From Alphaproteobacteria bacterium RIFCSPLOWO2_01_FULL_40_26 (GTDB lineage Bacteria; Pseudomonadota; Alphaproteobacteria; Rickettsiales; UBA1997): 64,000 nt of DNA. The position numbers and the translations under genes were made by a program. Below the pieces are notes generated by a model. It was not told the origin of the DNA. It worked only from the letters and a program-made list of their open reading frames with translations, and did not search any database. The stretch lies in the NCBI GenBank assembly GCA_001767955.1, contig MEMO01000017.1, positions 22,090 through 86,089 on the forward strand, in the 5' to 3' direction. Positions 9,710 to 16,862 of this stretch are shown in pieces (positions within the stretch are counted from its first letter, which is position 1; each line of letters opens with the position of its first letter).

Positions 9710-10639
9710 ATGAAAACCTCGCTCCCTAAACGCTCCCAGCCTCACTTCTACGAGCTTAAAAAAATCACTGATATAATTCTGGAACAGGCCAAAAATAAAG
9801 TGGCTTTTATTATCTTGTTTGGATCTTTCGCCAAGGGAAGTTGGGTTCAGGATATTTATCAAGAACACGGCATCACTTACGATTATTCATCCGATTATGA
9901 TCTCCTGATTATCACCAAAAAATATTTGAACAAAAAGCCGGAATTTGAGTTATGGAGAAAAATCAAAGCCGAAATTCATCGCAATCATCTTGATCGCGAA
10001 CATCCGACCACTTTGGTGATTGAATCGATAAAGCGTGTAAATTCAAAGCTTGAGAAGGCACAATATTTTTTCTCCGATATCATTAAGGAAGGAATTTTGC
10101 TTTATGATTCGAAGGAATTCGAATTGGCAAAGACAAAAAATATTGACAAGAAAGAAATAGAAAAACTTAACAAGAAGGAAGGAAATCACTGGTTTAACAG
10201 CGCCAAAGGATTTTTATCAGATTCTACTCATGCAATGAGCGAGAATAGATATGCGCATGCCGCTTTTCATCTTCATCAAACAACCGAATCCTTTTACCAC
10301 TCATTTCTCCTACACAAAACTGGCTATAAACCAAAAACCCATGATCTTGAAGAATTGCGAAAACTTTGTGCTGTTTACTCTGACGAATTTTTAAAAATTT
10401 TTCCAAGAATCAGCAAACCTCTGGATTACGAACCGCATCGCCTTGTCCAAAAGAAAGAAATAGACCGGCTTTACAACAGCGACAATCCCGAAGATTGGTA
10501 TAAACTCCTTTTGCTCGCCTATATCGAAGCACGCTACAACATCGTCTATCGCATCAGAAAAGAGCAGCTTTTGTGGTTGATTGAAAAAATCGGCAAGCTG
10601 CAGGAAATTATCTCGAAGTTAAATGGAAAATCTAAATAA
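9710..10639 (+). CDS. fused nucleotidyltransferase (MNT-like) + HEPN domain protein
   Basis: 309 aa. ILFGSFAKGS ... SDYDLLII is the pol-beta NTase motif. The C-terminal helical HEPN-like half has [10 protein letters not shown] and AYIEARY. The 3' end overlaps trpD by 17 nt. Confidence 0.75.
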   Translation: MKTSLPKRSQPHFYELKKITDIILEQAKNKVAFIILFGSFAKGSWVQDIYQEHGITYDYSSDYDLLIITKKYLNKKPEFELWRKIKAEIHRNHLDREHPTTLVIESIKRVNSKLEKAQYFFSDIIKEGILLYDSKEFELAKTKNIDKKEIEKLNKKEGNHWFNSAKGFLSDSTHAMSENRYAHAAFHLHQTTESFYHSFLLHKTGYKPKTHDLEELRKLCAVYSDEFLKIFPRISKPLDYEPHRLVQKKEIDRLYNSDNPEDWYKLLLLAYIEARYNIVYRIRKEQLLWLIEKIGKLQEIISKLNGKSK

Positions 10640-11615
10640 TTTCTCCGCACAGGAATTTGAAAAAATTTTTGATGAAATTCTCAATGGCAAAGTTGATGAG
10701 GATTCAGTCAAAAAATTTTTGCTTGATCTCAATTGTGCCAATCTTCCGCAAAATTCTTTTATCGGCGCTGTGTCTGCCCTCAAAAAAAGAATGAAAAAAA
10801 TTGCTGCGCCCGAAGGAGCAATTGATGTTTGTGGCACCGGTGGTGATAAATTAAACACCCTGAATATCTCAACTGCCGTTTGTTTTGTAGTTGCTGCAGC
10901 CGGAGTTTGTGTGGCTAAACATGGTAATAAGGCAATATCATCAAAGTCAGGATCGGCCGATATTTTTGCCGAATTGGGAATAAAAATTTCTTCTGATATT
11001 TCTGAAATTGAAAAAAACCTGCGTGAAAAAAATCTTTGCTTTCTCTTTGCCCCCTTCTTTCACGAATCACTAAAAAATCTCGCTGCAATCCGCAAATCCC
11101 TTGGCATTCCAACAATTTTTAATTTCCTCGGCCCACTCTTAAATCCAGCAAATACAACCCGCCAACTCATCGGAGTTTCACGCCATGATGTAATGCGCAA
11201 AATGGCCAAAACCCTTACCACTTATCACTTAACGCTTATCACTTCTTCTTACCTTGTTCATGGCTTTGACGGGATGGATGAAATAACGCTTACTACGAAT
11301 TCTTACCTTTTGCGCCTTGAAAACGGCAAAATTTTTGATGAGGAAATTATCAATCCCGAAAAATTTGGTTTTAAGAAAATTGCACTTGAAGCCTTAAAAG
11401 GAGCGGATCCGAAATATAATGCACAAAAACTTATTGCTCTTCTTGAAGGAGAAAAATCAGCCTATCGCGATATTGTGGTTTTAAACTCTGCTTTTGCTTT
11501 GAAACTGGCAGGAAAAGTTAGGGAAATTGGCGAAGGAATTGAGCTGGCGAATTTGATAATTAACAAAGGAGCGGCATTAAAAACTTTGAAAAATTTGACT
11601 CAGAACCTGTCCTAA
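10623..11615 (+). CDS. trpD: anthranilate phosphoribosyltransferase
   Basis: 330 aa with DVCGTGGDKLNTLNIST, KHGNKAISSKSGSADI and HGFDGMDE motifs. The last 4 codons and the stop are supplied by the repeat at 11601. Confidence 0.93.
   Translation: MENLNNFSAQEFEKIFDEILNGKVDEDSVKKFLLDLNCANLPQNSFIGAVSALKKRMKKIAAPEGAIDVCGTGGDKLNTLNISTAVCFVVAAAGVCVAKHGNKAISSKSGSADIFAELGIKISSDISEIEKNLREKNLCFLFAPFFHESLKNLAAIRKSLGIPTIFNFLGPLLNPANTTRQLIGVSRHDVMRKMAKTLTTYHLTLITSSYLVHGFDGMDEITLTTNSYLLRLENGKIFDEEIINPEKFGFKKIALEALKGADPKYNAQKLIALLEGEKSAYRDIVVLNSAFALKLAGKVREIGEGIELANLIINKGAALKTLKNLTQNLS
11215..11249. repeat. degenerate TTACCAC-type heptamer run inside trpD
   Basis: ttaccac ttatcac ttaacgc ttatcac ttcttct is read as LTTYHLTLITSS, the same peptide type as the murF array. 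Confidence 0.45.
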
Positions 11616-11763
11616 ATCTTTTTTAACCCCATATTTTACCCTGTTTTTGCTTATTTTTTGACAAAATTACTCACCGTATTTCCAGATACGCTTCGTAATT
11701 TTGTCAAAAAAGCGCTAAAAACATGCTAAAATCTGTGGTTAAAAAAGATTCAGGACAGGTTCT
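11601..11763. repeat. B-family palindromic (MITE-like) element, about 163 bp
   Basis: The termini cagaacctgtcctaaatctt and aagattcaggacaggttctc are inverted. An internal inverted pair is ttttttgacaaaattac / gtaattttgtcaaaaaa. The ends match 2577-2622 and 18667-18815. Confidence 0.8.
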
Positions 11764-12029
11764 CATGATTTTTTATAAATTTCACGACGATGTCCCAAAT
11801 CCAAAACCAAAACAATTAATTGCCTTTCTTCCAATCTGCAAATAACGCGATAATCGCCAACACGAAACCTCCAATTGCCGCGTTTTTCATATAACAAAGC
11901 TTTTCCAAAAGATTTTGGATTTTTTAAAAAAGAATCACGATTGAGATATTTAAGAATTTGTTTTTGCACTGTTTTATCAAGCTTGGATAAAAGCTTTAAA
12001 GCCTTTTCCTCAAAAACCACTTTCCACAT
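11763..12029 (-). CDS. RelE/ParE-family type II toxin
   Basis: 88 aa with WRFRVGDYRVICRLEERQLIVLVLDLGHRREIY, typical of RelE/ParE. It has a 1-nt TAATG overlap with the upstream antitoxin. Confidence 0.85.
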   Translation of the reverse strand: MWKVVFEEKALKLLSKLDKTVQKQILKYLNRDSFLKNPKSFGKALLYEKRGNWRFRVGDYRVICRLEERQLIVLVLDLGHRREIYKKS

Positions 12030-12271
12030 TATGCCAATTCTTTGGGGTTAATATTCAGGCGTTTTGCAACTTCTTCAATTGTGTAACCTTTTTTGCCACC
12101 AGCCAGATATCTTTTATAACCTTCTTCTGCCAAATGATAATCTTGAAAATCTTCAAGATAATTTTCGATTGCCTTACGAATCAGAAAAGTTTTTGAACGT
12201 TCTTCTTCATGGGCTATCTGATCCAGATGTTTATTTAAATCATCGGAAATTCTAATAGAAATAACTGTCAT
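12029..12271 (-). CDS. ribbon-helix-helix (CopG-like) antitoxin
   Basis: Start is taken at the internal Met (MTVISIRISDDLNKHLDQIAHEE..), an RHH beta-strand/helix pattern. The longer ORF start at 12331 is unsupported. Confidence 0.7.
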   Translation of the reverse strand: MTVISIRISDDLNKHLDQIAHEEERSKTFLIRKAIENYLEDFQDYHLAEEGYKRYLAGGKKGYTIEEVAKRLNINPKELA

Positions 12272-12342
12272 ATCTACTCCGTTTATGCCAAATCTTAGGC
12301 TTGGTATAGTAAGCTCTACAATGTAATACAAATGAATGTTTT

Positions 12343-13452
12343 CTAATGCAACAACTGCCTGATGTCATTAACCGTAGTAAAAATCATTAAAGCCAAAACC
12401 AAGCTTAAACCAAATCTGAAGCCAATTTGCTGTATCTTTTGTGATAAAGGCTTGCCACGAATTGCCTCAAACAAATAAAAAAACAGATGTCCGCCATCAA
12501 GCACCGGAATTGGCAGAAGATTCATTGCGCCGAGATTGATTGAAATCATCGCCATAAACCACAGAACAACATTCAAACCCATCTCAACAGTTTTGCCGGA
12601 ATATTTGGCGATTTTAACCGGCCCTCCGAGCTCTTTAACTGAACGTTGGCCAGTGATTAGCTCGCCAAGGACGCGAAAAATTGCAATGGAAATGCGGTAG
12701 GTTTCTTTATTCGCTTCAACAAAACTTTGTGCCAAATTTAAATCGCGGTGATCGGTTTTAGATGCGGCGATGCCAAGCATGGCAGTTTTTACCTCATCAC
12801 CAAACATATCCTTGCTGGTTGCAATTTTGGGAGTGATGTAAATTTCAAAAACATCATTGCCGCGCGCTATTTTGAACGACAATTGACCGGTAATATTTCC
12901 TACAACCTTATCGCGCACTTCACTAAAATCGCTGATTTCAGCGCCGTTAATAGCGAGAATTTCATCACCCTTTTGCAATCCTGATTCAAACGCCGCGCTA
13001 TCTGGCAAAACTTCATCAATAATTGGCGCAACGTTGGTGATGCCATTTAGGCGAAACAGAATCGTAAAAATGACAATCGCCAGAATGAAATTGGCAATTG
13101 GCCCCGCCACAACAATTGCCATGCGCTGCCAAACATTTTTGCCAATAAAAGAAATTTTTCTTTCGTCAGGAGACATTTTGGCAATTGCTTCCAAATCCGG
13201 CATCGAAGCGCCATTGCGATCGCCATACATTTTGACATAGCCACCAAAAGGCAGCAGACGGAAATTCCACAAAGTACCGTGTTTATCAGTAAATCCAAAA
13301 AGCCTTTGGCCAAAACCAATAGCAAATTCATCAATCTTGACACCACACAAACGCGCCACCCAAAAATGGCCAAATTCGTGGATGAAGACAATCAGTGAGA
13401 TGATTGCGATAAAGGAAAACAGATTGTGTAAAATTATTTGAGTGAGTGCCAT
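12343..13452 (-). CDS. rseP: RIP zinc metalloprotease RseP
   Basis: 369 aa with HEFGH, a PDZ segment and NLLPIPVLDGGH. Confidence 0.95.
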   Translation of the reverse strand: MALTQIILHNLFSFIAIISLIVFIHEFGHFWVARLCGVKIDEFAIGFGQRLFGFTDKHGTLWNFRLLPFGGYVKMYGDRNGASMPDLEAIAKMSPDERKISFIGKNVWQRMAIVVAGPIANFILAIVIFTILFRLNGITNVAPIIDEVLPDSAAFESGLQKGDEILAINGAEISDFSEVRDKVVGNITGQLSFKIARGNDVFEIYITPKIATSKDMFGDEVKTAMLGIAASKTDHRDLNLAQSFVEANKETYRISIAIFRVLGELITGQRSVKELGGPVKIAKYSGKTVEMGLNVVLWFMAMISINLGAMNLLPIPVLDGGHLFFYLFEAIRGKPLSQKIQQIGFRFGLSLVLALMIFTTVNDIRQLLH

Positions 13453-13479
13453 TTAGTTGTTTTGATTGGTTGCTATGCG

Positions 13480-13712
13480 TCTAGAGCCTGTCTTCAAACT
13501 CATCACAGCTCGCTTTTCCACAAATTTTGGCTCGTTTTCCGGCAAAATTTTTTGCAGTGTTTGAGCGTTAAAAAATCGCGAAGCGATTTTAGCGAAAACG
13601 GGCATGAGCGCAAAGCGCGAATCCCGATAAGATACAGCGGCAAAATTTTGCCGAAAAGTCGCTCAAAATTTCTGAAAAATCGAGCTGTGATGAGTTTGAA
13701 GACAGGCTCTAG
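13480..13712. mobile_element. A-family MITE-like palindromic element, 233 bp
   Basis: The 32-nt terminal inverted repeats are ctagagcctgtcttcaaactcatcacagctcg and cgagctgtgatgagtttgaagacaggctctag. The internal core ggcaaaattttgccg..gtcgc is shared, inverted, with the element at 19301. Confidence 0.85.
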
Positions 13713-14820
13713 CTTTTTCGTCAAAAAAAATCACCTCTTCAACTGAGGAAAGTTTTTTGTGAGAAATTTTATTTAGTGTTTTTTCAACAATTTTGCTGAT
13801 GCAATCAAAAGTGATTTCACCATCAAGAAATTTTGCAACTGCAATTTCATTAGCGGCATTGAGCACAGTTGGCGCACTTCCATCAATTTCAAGAGCTTCA
13901 CGGCAAATTCTAACGGCAGGAAATTTTTTTTCATCGACGGCAAAAAATTCCAATTTTTGTAACTTGGCTAAATCAAGCTTTTGATGCCTGATTTTCATGC
14001 GGTTGGGAAATGTCAAAGCATAGGAAATCGGCACTTTCATATCTGGCAGACTAATCATGGCAAGGCTTGAGCCATCAAGATAATTAACCATACCATGCAC
14101 AATTGATTGCGGATGCGTAAGAATTTTTATCTGATTTTTTTTGAGCGGAAAAAGATGGAAGGCTTCAATCATCTCCAAACCTTTATTCATCATGGTTGCT
14201 GAATCGATGGAAATTTTGGCGCCCATTTTCCAGTTTGGATGTTTGAGCGCTTCCGCAACGGAAATTTTTCTAAAATCTTTTTTGGAATTGAAAAATGGCC
14301 CGCCTGATGCGGTGAGCACAATGTCGTCAATCATCGCCAAATTTTCATTTTCAAAAATTTGGAAAATGGCATTATGTTCGGAATCAACCGGAATGATTTT
14401 TACTTTGTGCTTTTTTGCCTCATCCATCAAAAATTTTCCGGCACAAACCAGAGATTCCTTATTGGCAAGAGCGATATTTGATCCAGCCTTGATAGCATTT
14501 AGCGTGGGAAGCATACCAGCAAAGCCGACAATTGCCGCAACGAACAGATCACATTTGATTTTTGCCACTTCCAGAATCGCTTCCCAACCGCACAAAATCT
14601 CACAATTTTTTAAGCTGGATTTCAGTTTGGGAAAATGTTTTTCATTTTCGATAACCACATAGCGAGGCTTGAACAGCAAGGCTTGCGAGATCAGGGTCTT
14701 AACATCATTTTTTGCAACCAAGGCAATAATTTCAAAATCATCTGGTGAATTTTTTATCACCTCGATGGTGTTTTTACCGATTGATCCGGTTGATCCAAAG
14801 ATGGAAATTTTTTTCTTCAC
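13663..14820 (-). CDS. dxr: 1-deoxy-D-xylulose-5-phosphate reductoisomerase
   Basis: 385 aa with GSTGSIGKNT and PVDSEHNAIFQ. The last ~16 codons (ARACLQTHHSSIFQKF) and the stop lie inside the A-family element. Confidence 0.95.
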   Translation of the reverse strand: MKKKISIFGSTGSIGKNTIEVIKNSPDDFEIIALVAKNDVKTLISQALLFKPRYVVIENEKHFPKLKSSLKNCEILCGWEAILEVAKIKCDLFVAAIVGFAGMLPTLNAIKAGSNIALANKESLVCAGKFLMDEAKKHKVKIIPVDSEHNAIFQIFENENLAMIDDIVLTASGGPFFNSKKDFRKISVAEALKHPNWKMGAKISIDSATMMNKGLEMIEAFHLFPLKKNQIKILTHPQSIVHGMVNYLDGSSLAMISLPDMKVPISYALTFPNRMKIRHQKLDLAKLQKLEFFAVDEKKFPAVRICREALEIDGSAPTVLNAANEIAVAKFLDGEITFDCISKIVEKTLNKISHKKLSSVEEVIFFDEKARACLQTHHSSIFQKF

Positions 14821-15194
14821 TTGCGTCCAGGTTTGTATTTTGGCTTGTATTGTTTGGCTTCCTTATCAATCAGGGCTTCAAGCTCGACCGCTTTTCTTTG
14901 TGTTTTATCAAGCGCAAAAATGATCTCCGGCACAATTCTTAATTTTACTTTTTTTGCCAACTCATAACGAAAATGCGGCGCTGCATTGTTCAAGGCCTGT
15001 GTTATTTTTTCATGCGCCGACTCATTGCCAAAAATATCGATGAAAATTTTGACATTCTTGGCATCGGGACTGACATCGGCCTCAAGCACTGTTATCAGAC
15101 TTCCCGGCACTGACAAAATATCATCACGCAAAAAAATTTCCGACATTAGACGTTTGATATTTTCACCGATTTGAAGTTGACGTTGGGATTTCAT
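14817..15194 (-). CDS. rbfA: ribosome-binding factor A
   Basis: 125 aa, an RbfA-like KH-type sequence (QRQLQIGENIKRLMSEIF...). It overlaps the dxr start by 4 nt. Confidence 0.85.
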   Translation of the reverse strand: MKSQRQLQIGENIKRLMSEIFLRDDILSVPGSLITVLEADVSPDAKNVKIFIDIFGNESAHEKITQALNNAAPHFRYELAKKVKLRIVPEIIFALDKTQRKAVELEALIDKEAKQYKPKYKPGRK

Positions 15195-15944
15195 TTAGAA
15201 CTTTTTGTATTGATGCACACCTTGCAACACGATGTTGAAGGTGCAAAGCTTGATTGATTGTGGATTAAGAATATCGGAATGGTGCACTGATGCGGTGAGT
15301 AGTTTTTGCTCCTCGTGGCTGTAGGCGAGATATTGGTAATCGCTTTTGTTAAATGGATGATTTTCAAAATACATTTCGGTTTCAAGCTTGCCGAATTTTG
15401 GATGGTAGATATTCATATTGATGTGCGGAGAGCGTCCTGCCGTGCCTCCAGGCATTATGGTGATGAAGTGATAATTGCCGATATTGTCAGAAATGGCACG
15501 TCCGGACATGCTAAAAAATCTGTCGATATATTCGCTATTTGGTTCAAGCAAAGTGTGATATTTTCCCGCGGCATTGGTTTGCCAAATTTCAACTACTGCG
15601 TTTTGAATCGGCACACCGAAAGAGTCGGTGATCGTTCCCTGAACAAAAATCACTTCACCAAAAGCGCGATAAAATGAACCGGTTTTTTTGGCTAAATTGT
15701 TGGTGGTGGCAAAAACATCCGGCATTGACAAATCAGCAGCAAAAAAGCGTGAAGGAGTTGGAGTTTGCGGCGAAAAAAGCGATGGCGCTTCTTTGGAATA
15801 AGTGTTCATCGCCTTACCTTGAATGTCAGTAAATTCAGGCAAAGCGATGGGTTTGGTTTCTTCGTTACTGTAGATTTCCTTTGGAGTTTCGTCAGCCAAA
15901 AGAGGTAAAGAAATGAATAAAAAAACCAGCAATTTGTAAATCAT
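15195..15944 (-). CDS. secreted intradiol ring-cleavage dioxygenase family protein (protocatechuate dioxygenase beta-like)
   Basis: Start is at the internal Met giving the signal peptide MIYKLLVFLFISLPLLA. VEIWQTNAAGKYH ... GRSPHINMNIY is typical of intradiol dioxygenases. The ORF-track N-terminal extension to 16079 is read-through of the heptamer repeat. Confidence 0.7.
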   Translation of the reverse strand: MIYKLLVFLFISLPLLADETPKEIYSNEETKPIALPEFTDIQGKAMNTYSKEAPSLFSPQTPTPSRFFAADLSMPDVFATTNNLAKKTGSFYRAFGEVIFVQGTITDSFGVPIQNAVVEIWQTNAAGKYHTLLEPNSEYIDRFFSMSGRAISDNIGNYHFITIMPGGTAGRSPHINMNIYHPKFGKLETEMYFENHPFNKSDYQYLAYSHEEQKLLTASVHHSDILNPQSIKLCTFNIVLQGVHQYKKF

Positions 15945-15949
15945 AAATC

Positions 15950-16049
15950 GTGTCTTTATTCGTGCATCGTGCATCGCGCATCGTGCTTCGGTAGTTTTAA
16001 ACCACGAAGCACGAAGCACGAAACACGAAGCACGAAATACGCCAGACAT
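15950..16049. repeat. heptamer-array palindrome (TTCGTGC family)
   Basis: gtgtct..(cgtgcat cgtgcat cgcgcat cgtgctt cg) - gtagttttaaacca - (cgaagca cgaagca cgaaaca cgaagca cgaaata cg)..agacat. Confidence 0.9.
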
Positions 16050-16075
16050 AAATTTGCATAACAAATCGTAAACCC

Positions 16076-16642
16076 TCATACCTTTGGTAACGTCACCCCT
16101 CTTTGCCCCATATACTTCCCTGCCCTCATGTCATAGGAAATCTCACACGGTTTGTCACCCTTGAAAAACAGAAACTGGCAAACACCCTCAAAAGCATAAA
16201 TTTTTGCCGGCAATGGAGTTGTGTTGGAAAATTCCAGAGTCACATGTCCTTCCCAGCCAGGTTCCAATGGGGTTACGTTAACGATAATACCGCAACGCGC
16301 ATAAGTTGATTTGCCGACACACACAACCAAAACATCTTTGGGAATTCGAAAATATTCTACCGTGCGCGCTAGAGCAAAGCTATTTGGCGGAATAATGCAA
16401 ACATCGGTTGTGCGATTAACAAAGCTGGTTTCACAAAAATTTTTTGGATCAACAATTGCCGAATCAATGTTGGTAAAAATTTTAAATTCATTCGCAACGC
16501 GCGCATCGTAGCCATAAGATGAATTGCCGTAGGAAATGATTTTATTGCCATTACTATCAACTCTAATCTGTTCTTCAGCAAATGGTTCGATCATGCCTTG
16601 TTTTGCAAGTGCAGCGATTGATTTGTCGGAAAGGACTGTCAT
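16076..16642 (-). CDS. dcd: dCTP deaminase
   Basis: 188 aa with SSYGYDARV and a typical Dcd length and profile. Confidence 0.9.
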   Translation of the reverse strand: MTVLSDKSIAALAKQGMIEPFAEEQIRVDSNGNKIISYGNSSYGYDARVANEFKIFTNIDSAIVDPKNFCETSFVNRTTDVCIIPPNSFALARTVEYFRIPKDVLVVCVGKSTYARCGIIVNVTPLEPGWEGHVTLEFSNTTPLPAKIYAFEGVCQFLFFKGDKPCEISYDMRAGKYMGQRGVTLPKV

Positions 16643-16647
16643 TTCTA

Positions 16648-16719
16648 TTTACGATTTACGATTTACGATTTACGAGTTGCAATTTCTTAAATCGTAAATC
16701 GTAAATCGTAAATCGTAAA
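16648..16719. repeat. heptamer-array palindrome (TTTACGA family)
   Basis: tttacga x4 (16648-16675), a 16-nt spacer gttgcaatttcttaaa, then tcgtaaa x4 (16692-16719). Confidence 0.92.
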
Positions 16720-16740
16720 TTGGTTGTTAAGTAAAATTCT

Positions 16741-16850
16741 GTGTCTGGAATATTTCGTGCTTCGTGCATCGTGCTTCGATAATTTTAATCCACGTAGCAC
16801 GGAGCACGGAGCACGGAGCACGAAAAAGACACAAAATTTTAAGAACAATC
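16741..16850. repeat. heptamer-array palindrome (TTCGTGC family) with a 22-nt tail
   Basis: gtgtct..ttcgtgc ttcgtgc atcgtgc ttcg - ataattttaatcca - cgtagca cggagca cggagca cggagca cgaaa..agacac. The tail acacaaaattttaagaacaatc (16829-16850) is identical to 38947-38968. Confidence 0.9.
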
Positions 16851-16862
16851 CGTAAATTATTC

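Noticed and set aside
13438-13746. ORFs lying inside the MITE-like elements: 13438..13746, 13503..13724, 19276..19470, 18534..18842 and 18562..18855.
   Set aside because: They are confined to palindromic repeats and give mirror-image peptides on both strands. They have no start context, so they are most likely non-coding.
14141-14662. A 173-aa ORF antisense to dxr.
   Set aside because: It is fully embedded opposite a well-supported conserved gene and has no recognisable motifs.
16076-16642. I considered dcd as a phage-defence dCTP deaminase.
   Set aside because: At 188 aa it has a canonical housekeeping Dcd length and motifs, with no extra domains. It sits in a core-gene context.
16648-16850. 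The regularly spaced short repeats superficially resemble a CRISPR array or a phase-variable microsatellite.
   Set aside because: The units are 7 nt and contiguous with no unique spacers. The arrays are arranged as inverted arms, and no cas genes are nearby. Copy number is consistently about four, unlike contingency loci.
16764-16862. The ORF-track N-terminal extensions of the kefB-like gene (from 16764), the dioxygenase (to 16079) and cimA (from 56775).
   Set aside because: The extensions are read-through of heptamer repeats (ARSTEHGARKRH, FRASCFVLRASW) or overlap mraY. Internal Met codons give a proper signal peptide, TM start or conserved N-terminus.
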